A stretch of 64,000 nt of DNA, taken from a virus. Its lineage: Duplodnaviria > Caudoviricetes. Under the pieces are notes generated by a model that saw only the letters and a program-made list of their open reading frames with translations, did not search any database and was not told where the DNA came from. The number at the start of each line of letters is the position of its first letter. Positions within the stretch are counted from its first letter, which is position 1. Below are positions 9,153-18,255 of this stretch, one piece after another. Made by a program: the position numbers and the translations under genes. The DNA lies in the IMG/VR virus record IMGVR_UViG_3300025418_000839, positions 32,001 through 96,000 of that record; one strand, given 5' to 3'.

Positions 9153-9869
9153 ATGAACATAATCATAACAACCTTGGTAATGGTTCAAATTACCATAGCC
9201 TGTGTTACCCTTTACTTGCATAGAGGGCAAGCACACAGAGCAGTCACTTATCATCCTGCGGTAGAACATGTTATGCGTTTTTGGCTTTGGCTAACTACTG
9301 GCATGGTCACTCGTGAATGGGTAGCTATACATCGTCGTCATCACCAGGGTAGCGACACCCCGGGTGATCCACATAGTCCACAGATATACGGTATCTGGAC
9401 CGTGATGTTCAAAGGTGCCTGGCTGTATCATCAAGCCAGTAAAGATCAGGACCTGGTCAAACGATTGAGCATTGGTTGTCCTGCGGATTGGGTTGAACAA
9501 AACATTTATTCTGCACACAGCAAACTAGGTGTTACACTAATGGCTGTAATTGACATCGCTGTATTTGGCTGGTGGGGCCTGGCAGTATGGGCCGTACAGA
9601 TGTTGTGGATTCCGCTCTGGGCCGCTGGTGTTATCAATGGCTTGGGTCACTGGTGGGGATATCGTAATACTGAGACTACGGATACCAGTACAAACCTAAT
9701 ACCGTGGGCCTTATGGATTGGTGGAGAAGAACTGCACAACAATCATCACGCCGATGGTGCCAATGCTTGCTTTCGTCAACGCTGGTGGGAAATAGATCTA
9801 GGTTGGGTTTATATTAGTTTACTTAGACGTGTTGGGCTTGCACGAGTTCGCGGACTTGACACCGTTTAA
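9153..9869 (+). CDS. Membrane fatty-acid (delta-9 acyl-lipid/acyl-CoA) desaturase
   Basis: Three His boxes HRGQAH, HRRHH, HNNHH plus GEE and TM segments. Confidence 0.9.
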   Translation: MNIIITTLVMVQITIACVTLYLHRGQAHRAVTYHPAVEHVMRFWLWLTTGMVTREWVAIHRRHHQGSDTPGDPHSPQIYGIWTVMFKGAWLYHQASKDQDLVKRLSIGCPADWVEQNIYSAHSKLGVTLMAVIDIAVFGWWGLAVWAVQMLWIPLWAAGVINGLGHWWGYRNTETTDTSTNLIPWALWIGGEELHNNHHADGANACFRQRWWEIDLGWVYISLLRRVGLARVRGLDTV

Positions 9870-9995
9870 ACTAAACGACGCCATAAACTTTTCAAGATCC
9901 CCGGCTTGTTCGGGGATTCTGTATTTTGCAAAATACAAATTTAACCAGTACCATACACAGTAATCAATCCAAAGATCAACAAGGCTATTTTTCAT
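9819..9995 (-). CDS. Possible 58-aa protein coupled to the cyclase stop
   Basis: Read by hand: MKNSLVDLWIDYCVWYWLNLYFAKYRIPEQ...; overlaps the desaturase 3' end. Confidence 0.3.
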   Translation of the reverse strand: MKNSLVDLWIDYCVWYWLNLYFAKYRIPEQAGDLEKFMASFSLNGVKSANSCKPNTSK

Positions 9996-12036
9996 GAGCT
10001 ATGAATTCCCCCGACCAGTTGTCTGGTAGGTCTTGTTGCTTCATAAAGTCACAACGTTCAATCCATATCTTGTAGTATTTGTCCATCTGTCCGCCAAAGT
10101 TGCCTATTAGCTTCTTGCACATGGCGGCGGCTTCATCGAATTTTTTCTGTTTATATAAGGCATGCATGGCATCATGCTGTTGTTTTTCTTTGGTGTAATC
10201 TTCACCCCGAGTACGCAGTACTGTATAGATCAAATCTGCTACAGTTTTGCCTTTTGGTTGTAGGTTATCTAACAGTAAGAAAAAGAAATCATCTTTTGTA
10301 CGGTTGTATGTTTCGGCGCCAACAATGTTTAAGACCCCGTATGCTTTACAACGTGCTTCTAAGCGAGCAGCAGTTGATACCATGTCACCCAGGATGTCAT
10401 AGCTGTGTCGTTCTGTCGAACCCATCTCACCAATAAAGCCAATACCTGTGTTACAGCCCCAGCCCATTGCGGCTGGAGGTAAACCCTGTGCTTCCATTAG
10501 CTTAGTGTACTCATCAACAGCGTCCAACATATCTAGGCCAACTTGAATGATAGTGTGTGCATGGTTGGCGTCATCAATCGGAGCACCGTGTATGTGCATA
10601 CTTGCATCACCTACATACTTGATAACCATACCTTTGTTATCTAGAATAGGACGACTAATACTATCCATATAGCCGTTCATGTATTTTGTAAGTCCAGCTA
10701 CGTCATCACCATAGTGTTCCCCAATTGGAGTAAAGCCGCGCAAGTCACTGAACATAACCGACACGTCTTTGCGTACACCACGTTTGATTAGTTCTGGATC
10801 TTTTTGTAATAGTTCTACAACTTCTTTAGAGCAATAACCAGCAAACTGTTTCTTGATTGCTTGCTTTTGCAGGAATTCGCTTACGAATTTAACCCCATAA
10901 GTATGTAGACAAACCAATACGAGACCACCAACAACCATAGAAACGTCAACGAGCCAAGCATGACTTCTATACAGATAACCAGAAACAGGAATGATCCCGC
11001 CAATAATAACAACGCTTGAAAAAATGCCAACATAAGTCCACCTTGATAAGAAAATTAATATAATACCTAGAGCTACTAACAGCAGAACTTCTCCGCCATC
11101 TGCCCAATCTGGTCTAGTAATAACAGGTCTATCTTTGTTAGCTATTACAGTTCCTAATACGCTTGCTTGTAAATCTTGTGGCAACATTTCGCCCAAACTT
11201 GTAGCAACAGGATTAGCTAGTCCCTGTGCCGAAACTCCAACAATAACTATGTCGCCTTCAAAATCCTTAGGTAAGTCAGTCATACTATAGTGTTCTGGAA
11301 CTAACGACCAGTCAATCCAGATGCGACTCAAGCTGTCTGTAGTAATAGGACCAAACTTTGGAATACGCATCTTTTCAACACCATTCTCGTTTACCTTGAC
11401 CTGAAAGGTTGTGTCTGCGCCGGCTACACGTAAGGTCTCCATAGCAAGACTTGGATACAGCTTGCCGTCATGTGCGGCAACCATTGGCATACGACGCACA
11501 ACGCCATCTACTTCGGGAAGTGTATTAACAAGTCCTACACCAGCAGCTGCAGATTCTACAGCAGGTATGTTAGCAACAATGCCAGGATATGTTACAAAAG
11601 AATCCAGGCCATAAGGTCCAATAACAACAGAGCCTGGGTTTCGTGCTTCATTCCTATTACCTGTTGACCCAACTGACGGAAGAATTGTTGGATATTGTCG
11701 GAGTGCTTGTACGTATTCCACGTCGTGACCCATGCGATCTCGATCAGGAGTAAGAACATTGAACACCACAAGACCAGCATTACGAGAGTATAAGTCTCGG
11801 ATGAACTTAGCATATACATCTCGAGAGAACGGAAATTGTCCATATTTTTCTAAAGCCTTTTCGTCGATATTTACTACACTTACACCTATTGTTTCGGGTG
11901 CCTTACTAGTTACCAGAGTATCAAAATAACGCAATCGAACTGATTCGACAAAAGTAGGATCGGCTATGCGTAGAGCAGTAACAAGAGCTAGTGTTAGTAG
12001 AGCAGTCCAAGGACTAGTAAGTATTTTTTTGAACAT
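9985..12036 (-). CDS. CHASE2-domain class III adenylate cyclase
   Basis: N-terminal TM; CHASE2 (VNIDEKAL..GQFPFSR, DGVVRRMP); 3 TMs; catalytic FSDLRGFT, IKYVGD, GDMVSTAARLE; Lys/Asp pair indicates ATP specificity. Confidence 0.92.
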   Translation of the reverse strand: MFKKILTSPWTALLTLALVTALRIADPTFVESVRLRYFDTLVTSKAPETIGVSVVNIDEKALEKYGQFPFSRDVYAKFIRDLYSRNAGLVVFNVLTPDRDRMGHDVEYVQALRQYPTILPSVGSTGNRNEARNPGSVVIGPYGLDSFVTYPGIVANIPAVESAAAGVGLVNTLPEVDGVVRRMPMVAAHDGKLYPSLAMETLRVAGADTTFQVKVNENGVEKMRIPKFGPITTDSLSRIWIDWSLVPEHYSMTDLPKDFEGDIVIVGVSAQGLANPVATSLGEMLPQDLQASVLGTVIANKDRPVITRPDWADGGEVLLLVALGIILIFLSRWTYVGIFSSVVIIGGIIPVSGYLYRSHAWLVDVSMVVGGLVLVCLHTYGVKFVSEFLQKQAIKKQFAGYCSKEVVELLQKDPELIKRGVRKDVSVMFSDLRGFTPIGEHYGDDVAGLTKYMNGYMDSISRPILDNKGMVIKYVGDASMHIHGAPIDDANHAHTIIQVGLDMLDAVDEYTKLMEAQGLPPAAMGWGCNTGIGFIGEMGSTERHSYDILGDMVSTAARLEARCKAYGVLNIVGAETYNRTKDDFFFLLLDNLQPKGKTVADLIYTVLRTRGEDYTKEKQQHDAMHALYKQKKFDEAAAMCKKLIGNFGGQMDKYYKIWIERCDFMKQQDLPDNWSGEFIAHEK

Positions 12037-12045
12037 ATATTATTT

Positions 12046-12076
12046 AACAAAAAAGCACCCGAAGGTGCTTTTTGTT
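12046..12076 (-). terminator. Rho-independent terminator between autotransporter-like gene and cyclase
   Basis: aacaaaaaagcacc-cgaa-ggtgctttttgtt. Confidence 0.85.
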
Positions 12077-12091
12077 GTGAGTTAAACTCAA

Positions 12092-14116
12092 TTAAAAGTT
12101 GATGCGTGCCCATGCTTGTATGGCATTGTTTACACCAGAATTAGTTTGCTGAGTAATTGCTTTTAGCAGTATGCTTGAGTTATCAGTTGTCTTATAACTT
12201 AAACTAATCAATTCTGTTTTTTGTTGACGATTGTTAGCACTTAACTCGCTACCAATTGACCAGTCCTTGTCTAATTTTAAGTAATATGCCACACCTGCTT
12301 CACTGGTCCATGTGTGTGAGTTAGTTGGATCATAGGTCATAGCAGTTAATGGGCTGCCAGATTCGGTAACACCATTCATTTGATCATGCTCATAACCTTG
12401 CCCAACAAATGCACGTAGACCACTTAACCAGTCATCTACATTTTTAGCATCTGGTGTGTATAGTCGAGCTGATCCAAAATAGTCATGACCGTTAGTTGTA
12501 CTACTATTACCAAGGCCTAGCGCAGGTAATGTATGATAAGAACTATATTGATTCATAGCATAGCCTAGGTCAAACTTAACTAACCAATCATCTATACTTT
12601 GAATACCATAGATGCCAAACATATCTTTGTATTCGCTACCACCGGCCGAATCACCAGACATATTGCTGTTAGCACGGTTATATTGCCAACCTAATAATAA
12701 ATCACGATCTACAATAAAATCTGCACCAACACCAAACATACCTGTGGTTGCTTTATAGGTATTAATGTTATTAGTCTGCATACCTGTACCGATAATATAC
12801 ACATCAGTATCCTTACCATTACGTAGGCTAATAGCACCATCGTTGATACGAGCACGGCTTAATGGGTCACTAGTCATAGCAGAGTTGATTTGGCTATTAA
12901 CTGTGCTTAACTGATTATACATATCAATACGTGTTGAATACTGTTGGCTTGCTTGACTTGTTTGTTGATTAACAGAATCAACTACTACTGTTGCCACTTG
13001 ATTACCGCCCGTAGTTTGTGTAGTAACAATAGGAGAGCCAGCACTTGTAGTAGTTACAGGAGTACCGTTTGTAGTTGTAGTTGAATTATCACTATAAGTT
13101 GTTACTGTAGTTGGAGTGGTAATAGTAGTAACTGTTACAGGTACGGTAGTAGTTGTTACGGTAGTATATGGAGTTGTTGTAACTGTAGTTGTCTGGACTG
13201 GAGTATAGACATTTGTAGTTACAGTTTTTGTTATCGGCAATGTTGCAGAGGCCTGTCCACGAGCATACGCTGTGTCTTGTGCTGTAGTTGGTGTACCATT
13301 TACACTTGTGCTTGCCACAGCAGATGCACCATAACTAGTTTGGCTAGTAATAACAGGTGCACCATTAGTACTAGTTGTAGTCACGATAGGGGTACCGGCG
13401 GCTGTACTCACTACAGTTGGAGCACTTGGTGCACTTGGTGGTACCGGAGGAGCCGATGGATTACCAGCATTAACCGTTTGATTTGGCTGTGCTATTGGAG
13501 TAAATCCTGCTGAACTAACAGGTACACAAGCACTTGCGGCTAAAGTTACGTTATTACAAGCACCAGCATATACACCAATAATAGCTTGTTGTAAAGAACT
13601 AGCTTGGCTGGTTGATAGTGCATTAAATGAAACGGTATAGGTTATACCAGAACTAACAGTAATACCCTGATAGATACCGTCATAAGATCCAACAGCACCA
13701 TCGTACCATTGACCAGACTGCCAAGTGCCTGCCGCAGCTGGATAAGTACCATTTTGATACCATACACCCCAACCTGTTGGTGCTTGAATAGTTTGTGTTC
13801 CATTATTCGTTGTAACTTGTACCGCACCACCTGCTGACAGACTAGCATTAGTTAACAGGTTTGCGGAACTGCCCGCGGCTGTTACACTAGGATTAGTAAA
13901 AGACCAAAATGCTGGATCTTGTCTAAATGCAAATCCAACATAGTCACTGCCAGAGTTGGCAGCAGTAAATGAGAATGTGTAAGAGTTGTTTACACCTGTT
14001 GCTGGATTTCCTACGTATCCAATGTAACCTGTGGGTAGGTTGCCTAGGCTTTGTGAGTGTGCCGCGAAAGATAGACACACTGAAATGGCCAAGAAGGCCC
14101 GTTTGATTAATTTCAT
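12092..14116 (-). CDS. Autotransporter-like outer-membrane protein (passenger, Thr/Pro-rich stalk, beta-barrel)
   Basis: Signal peptide; Trp/Gly beta domain; Thr/Pro/Val low-complexity stalk; amphipathic strands ending in AWARINF (terminal Phe, BAM signal). Confidence 0.7.
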   Translation of the reverse strand: MKLIKRAFLAISVCLSFAAHSQSLGNLPTGYIGYVGNPATGVNNSYTFSFTAANSGSDYVGFAFRQDPAFWSFTNPSVTAAGSSANLLTNASLSAGGAVQVTTNNGTQTIQAPTGWGVWYQNGTYPAAAGTWQSGQWYDGAVGSYDGIYQGITVSSGITYTVSFNALSTSQASSLQQAIIGVYAGACNNVTLAASACVPVSSAGFTPIAQPNQTVNAGNPSAPPVPPSAPSAPTVVSTAAGTPIVTTTSTNGAPVITSQTSYGASAVASTSVNGTPTTAQDTAYARGQASATLPITKTVTTNVYTPVQTTTVTTTPYTTVTTTTVPVTVTTITTPTTVTTYSDNSTTTTNGTPVTTTSAGSPIVTTQTTGGNQVATVVVDSVNQQTSQASQQYSTRIDMYNQLSTVNSQINSAMTSDPLSRARINDGAISLRNGKDTDVYIIGTGMQTNNINTYKATTGMFGVGADFIVDRDLLLGWQYNRANSNMSGDSAGGSEYKDMFGIYGIQSIDDWLVKFDLGYAMNQYSSYHTLPALGLGNSSTTNGHDYFGSARLYTPDAKNVDDWLSGLRAFVGQGYEHDQMNGVTESGSPLTAMTYDPTNSHTWTSEAGVAYYLKLDKDWSIGSELSANNRQQKTELISLSYKTTDNSSILLKAITQQTNSGVNNAIQAWARINF

Positions 14117-14156
14117 TATAGCTCCTGTCGATTATAATCGATCTTATTATGTACTA

Positions 14157-14324
14157 CTATTTATTGCGACGCAAACGTTCTTTTTGTTTGCTTATTTCTT
14201 CTTGATATCGGTTGTGTTCAATTAACTCAAGTTGACGTTCGCGACGTTCAACAAAGTAGTACATGGTATAGGCCGTGGCAATACCAAACAAACCACCCGC
14301 TATCTGTGCTAGACTAGTATACAT
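14157..14324 (-). CDS. 55-aa TM + charged coiled-coil peptide (not in the ORF track)
   Basis: MYTSLAQIAGGLFGIATAYTMYYFVERRERQLEL...; GAGGAGG SD upstream. Confidence 0.55.
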   Translation of the reverse strand: MYTSLAQIAGGLFGIATAYTMYYFVERRERQLELIEHNRYQEEISKQKERLRRNK

Positions 14325-14505
14325 AAGCAACCTCCTCTAAGAATGGATATTTAATTAAGACAAAATCTCTATACTCTTGTGGTACATAAAATTCTACAAC
14401 GTAACGCTGTATTTCAAAATAGCCACCACAGTCCTGTACATATAAGCTGACTTCATCTAGATTTTCTTCATAGTATTTGTATTTGTTTATGGTAAAGGAT
14501 ATCAC
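14314..14505 (-). CDS. Hypothetical protein
   Basis: 63 aa, starts 1 nt after the upstream stop. Confidence 0.55.
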   Translation of the reverse strand: MISFTINKYKYYEENLDEVSLYVQDCGGYFEIQRYVVEFYVPQEYRDFVLIKYPFLEEVAYVY

Positions 14506-14506
14506 G

Positions 14507-15979
14507 TTAGTTTCCTTGACGAACTGTTACTGTACCGCAAGCAGTAGCACATGATTGTGTTACTGAATAATTCTGTCCGCCTGTTTGTGTTAAGTTTACT
14601 GATGCTGGCGCTCCGTTATTAATCAATGTAATACTAGCATTATTAGCACCTGTGGCTCCTGTATTGCTTTGATTTACTACCGCAGAGTTGCCATTGCCAC
14701 TAGAATTAATATTGATATAACCAGTACTAGTTCCTGTTTGGCTAGTAGTTATTGTATTACTATTACCCGATACTGTGGCAAACAATTGATTACGAGCCGT
14801 GCCTGACTGTGTTATACCTACTGTGTTTAAGTTACCAACTACAGCTACACTAGAGAACTGTCCTGCTCCAACTGTGGTATTTTCCTGTACCACCGTCAAG
14901 TTATTTCCTGTGCCATTTACGTAATCAAATTGATAGTGTCCGCCAGTATCTAAGCCAGTTGAGTTACCATTACTATCTGTACCTTGATTTAGATTAAGTG
15001 TATTATTACCACCCGTTGCCGCAAGATCAATCAAGTTGTTGTTTGACTGTTGACGCACCGTAATGTGATTACTGCCTCCTGTGATAGGCGCAACTGTAGT
15101 GTAACCCGGACCGTTACTAGTACTAGTAGCACCATCTATTCGGTTACCTGCTCCCGTTTGTTTAATATTGATAACATCACTATTACCTGTTTGATTTATA
15201 TAAATGCTGTTGTCGCCCAAACCAGGCATTCTTGCTGATACCGCATTAATCATTTGTTGTTGTGTGCCAGTGATGGTTGAAGAACCACCTGTGTCAGTTG
15301 TGCTGATTAGAGTAGCGGCACCATTGTTGGCAGTAGTCTGACTACCATCACTATAATAAGTAATGGTCACAGGCTGGCTGTAGGTAGATGTCACAGATCC
15401 CGATGTCGATGTAGTTGTAACGGTTCCGCTACCTGTTCCTGTGACCCTGGGCCCCCAATAACTAGCACTAGTAGCCATCATACTAGTTGGTACAATTTGC
15501 CAACTACCATTGGTATACCAATAAAATTGTACTGCGGCACCGCCACCGTTTTCATAATACCAAATATCCGCGGGTACTATTTGCCCTGCTGTGAGATATA
15601 TACTACCCGATCTAAATGTAGTTCCTTGCTCACACCAACAAGCAGTTACCACGGTATTATTGATAGTTAATTGGTTACCGTCGTCACTGGCCACTCCAAA
15701 TTGATAAGTTCCTGTGGTAGGAGCCTGTAGATATCCTTGAAAGTGTATGATAACTCCATCATACAAACCACTATCTAAAACTAATCCACTACCCCAGTTG
15801 TAGTTAATTGATGTAGTTACGCCTGTGGTGTCTACAGTCCTATTGCTTGTACTAGGACTTGGGCCTCCGGCATAATAGGTAGTATAGTTCCAGCCAGCTA
15901 CTCCAGCAGAGTGTGCTCGATCGCAATAACCAAGTCCAGCAATTAAAACAGCAGAGAGTAAGTAGGCAACAAATTTCAT
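14507..15979 (-). CDS. Secreted PA14-domain + curlin-repeat protein
   Basis: Signal peptide; PA14 (INYNWG, GTYQFGVASDDG, YYENGGGA); C-terminal N-x-h-x-h-x-Q-x-G repeats. Confidence 0.8.
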   Translation of the reverse strand: MKFVAYLLSAVLIAGLGYCDRAHSAGVAGWNYTTYYAGGPSPSTSNRTVDTTGVTTSINYNWGSGLVLDSGLYDGVIIHFQGYLQAPTTGTYQFGVASDDGNQLTINNTVVTACWCEQGTTFRSGSIYLTAGQIVPADIWYYENGGGAAVQFYWYTNGSWQIVPTSMMATSASYWGPRVTGTGSGTVTTTSTSGSVTSTYSQPVTITYYSDGSQTTANNGAATLISTTDTGGSSTITGTQQQMINAVSARMPGLGDNSIYINQTGNSDVINIKQTGAGNRIDGATSTSNGPGYTTVAPITGGSNHITVRQQSNNNLIDLAATGGNNTLNLNQGTDSNGNSTGLDTGGHYQFDYVNGTGNNLTVVQENTTVGAGQFSSVAVVGNLNTVGITQSGTARNQLFATVSGNSNTITTSQTGTSTGYININSSGNGNSAVVNQSNTGATGANNASITLINNGAPASVNLTQTGGQNYSVTQSCATACGTVTVRQGN

Positions 15980-15980
15980 G

Positions 15981-17138
15981 TTAATTCTGCTTTATTGTTA
16001 TGTAGGTATTGCTACCAGCATTGATGCGGTTCTTGATGGCAACGTTTTCACTTTGATTTTGTATGATGGTGCTATTTTGTTCTTTAGGTGTTGTGATACA
16101 GTTTGTATTTGACGCAGAATCTGTACGACATAGCTGTACACTAACAGCATCTACTGTGGCTACTACCCCAGTTTCTTTTTTATAGTCCGGTAGTAGACTA
16201 TTTGTTTTTGGTGCCAACAAGTTTCCAAACTCTGCGGCTAACTGTTCGTTTAATAGTGTTAACACGTTGGCCAGGAAGTCCTGGTCTAAGAAGTTACGTT
16301 CCAATGAATTACTTAAAAACGTGGCATTTTGCGCAGCTAGTACGCTACCTAAGTCAACACCTTGTAGGAAGTTCTGACTAAGTGCTGTAACAGCCATTTG
16401 TTTTTCTTCTTCACGTTGTTTGAGTGCATTTTTGATTTCTTGAGGGGGTGTTAAAATTAAGATGTTACTAATACCATCTTCATTTAAGTGTAGTATTGCA
16501 GGTCGAGTTGGGGGTATATTACGTGCTGTTACTTTAGTACCTTGAAATGGTTGATCCAATGTAACTGTACCAGCATCATTGATAACATCAATCTTACCAG
16601 TCTTACACAGTCTTTCTATTTCATCGGGCATCATATCCTTACGTGGACACGATGGTAAAAGGATTACTGTACTTTCACCCAGTTCGTCAACAGTAGCAGT
16701 AAAATCAGTACCGCGAACAGCAACGGTTGCAGTAGGAGTGTTAATAGCAACCTTGTTAGGATTGTTGTGAGCAATCGCCCCTGATGCGTAGCGGACTGTG
16801 CCGCTAGCCATGTTAAGAGCCAGTTTGCCAGCGTCTTTATTTTTTGGATCATAAACAAATTCGTCAATGACCAGTTTGGAGTTTTCATTTACTTGTACTT
16901 TGGTGTCATCAGCAAATACTATGCCAACTTTACCCCTTGTTGTGTTGATACTGTCGGCCATCTCCACCCCGGTCCCTTTGGTCCCAGTTAGAGTCGTCTT
17001 CGATCGTTGTATCGAAGGCGGGGTGTTCACTTGCTCTGTAATTGTTCCAACGGCCGCTACGCAATTCGTGGAGATACTCACAAAGCCTACGCATAGTATT
17101 GTTCTCCATTTTAATCTCCTTGCTTGAACCAATAACAT
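15981..17138 (-). CDS. Secreted FecR-domain protein
   Basis: Signal-like N-terminus; IVFADDTKVQVNENSKL..INTPTATVAVRGTDF FecR signature. Confidence 0.85.
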   Translation of the reverse strand: MLLVQARRLKWRTILCVGFVSISTNCVAAVGTITEQVNTPPSIQRSKTTLTGTKGTGVEMADSINTTRGKVGIVFADDTKVQVNENSKLVIDEFVYDPKNKDAGKLALNMASGTVRYASGAIAHNNPNKVAINTPTATVAVRGTDFTATVDELGESTVILLPSCPRKDMMPDEIERLCKTGKIDVINDAGTVTLDQPFQGTKVTARNIPPTRPAILHLNEDGISNILILTPPQEIKNALKQREEEKQMAVTALSQNFLQGVDLGSVLAAQNATFLSNSLERNFLDQDFLANVLTLLNEQLAAEFGNLLAPKTNSLLPDYKKETGVVATVDAVSVQLCRTDSASNTNCITTPKEQNSTIIQNQSENVAIKNRINAGSNTYITIKQN

Positions 17139-17284
17139 TTTTGCAAATCTCGCATTAGTTGATCTTTAGGCACACGAGTCAATTGATGTGCCAACTCTAT
17201 AAAGTCTACCGATCTACTACCAACATTAGACTGACCATCGCTCCACTGTTGGTATACATTTTGCAGGAAACAAAGATCGGTCAT
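17111..17284 (-). CDS. Hypothetical 57-aa protein
   Basis: Likely start ATG 17284 immediately after the curlin stop. Confidence 0.5.
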   Translation of the reverse strand: MTDLCFLQNVYQQWSDGQSNVGSRSVDFIELAHQLTRVPKDQLMRDLQKCYWFKQGD

Positions 17285-17285
17285 A

Positions 17286-18212
17286 TTAATGATGTTGGTT
17301 AATAGTCCAAGTGTTGTTACTACCATTAGTTTGTATGTTGGCTGTATTATTGCCGCCAGCAGCATTTTGTGTAATACCAAATGTATTACTGCTACCAGTT
17401 ACACCAAGAACTAATGTATTATCATTGCTACCTGTTTGTGCGATTGTATAGGTATTACTGTTACCAACTGCTGCGCCACTTACATTAGTACCGGTAGCAT
17501 TGTAACCGCCAATAGTAACAGAGTTACCATTAGTACCGCCATCCTGTGTAATACCATAGGTGTTGTTAGCACCAACACTTGATACGTTTACATTAGTACC
17601 TGCAACTACAGGTGTAGTTCCACCCTGTGTCAATGTCATTGAGTTACTTGCACCACCAGTCATACTAATTGTATCATTAGTACCAGCACCTTTAACGGTA
17701 GCAACTACAGAGTTACTTGCACCACCACTGGTTGTTGCTGTAAAGTTGTTATTTGATCCCAACACATTAACATTCAAGTTAGCACTATCACCAGTTTGAT
17801 TAACAGTAACATTGTTACTAAGGCTTGCACCTGCTGTACCAGTATTGTTACTATTGATAATCGCTGTTGCATTACTACCTGTCACATTATAGGTAAAGTT
17901 GTTACCTGAATTGTTACCAGTATTTTGTCCTGAGTTAGCTGTGCCTGTTTGTAGGCCTAACTGTAGGGTATTACTGGAACCAACTTGGCTCACATTTACG
18001 GTATTGTTGTTACCGGTAATTACTGCGGGTGTAGTTGGACCCGATCCAGTTGTCTGTATTCCTTCAACAACGTTGCTGGCACCGTTCTGGGTCATGTTAA
18101 TTGTCGAATTACTACCTGTTTGATTAATGTAGATAGTGTTATCAGCACTATAAACATTTGTACATACAAGACCTAGCACTACTGTTATAATCTTAGCTAG
18201 TCTATATTTCAT
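17286..18212 (-). CDS. Curlin-repeat protein (CsgA/CsgB-like amyloid subunit)
   Basis: Start ATG 18212 after AAGGA; signal peptide; many NxhxhxQxGxxN repeats (NTIYINQTGSNS, NTVNVSQVGSSN, NTYTIAQTGSND); directly downstream of csgG. Confidence 0.75.
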   Translation of the reverse strand: MKYRLAKIITVVLGLVCTNVYSADNTIYINQTGSNSTINMTQNGASNVVEGIQTTGSGPTTPAVITGNNNTVNVSQVGSSNTLQLGLQTGTANSGQNTGNNSGNNFTYNVTGSNATAIINSNNTGTAGASLSNNVTVNQTGDSANLNVNVLGSNNNFTATTSGGASNSVVATVKGAGTNDTISMTGGASNSMTLTQGGTTPVVAGTNVNVSSVGANNTYGITQDGGTNGNSVTIGGYNATGTNVSGAAVGNSNTYTIAQTGSNDNTLVLGVTGSSNTFGITQNAAGGNNTANIQTNGSNNTWTINQHH

Positions 18213-18255
18213 TTTAATCTTCCTTTGGCCCTTGGCCATTGTCCTGCGACTCATA

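Noticed and set aside
9896-9936. Hairpin plus 16-bp palindrome GTATTTTGCAAAATAC between convergent genes
   Set aside because: Most simply a terminator region for convergent transcripts; no other evidence of function
12070-12095. CRP/cAMP-receptor site near the cyclase (TGTGA...)
   Set aside because: The second half-site does not match TCACA at 6-nt spacing, and it overlaps the terminator
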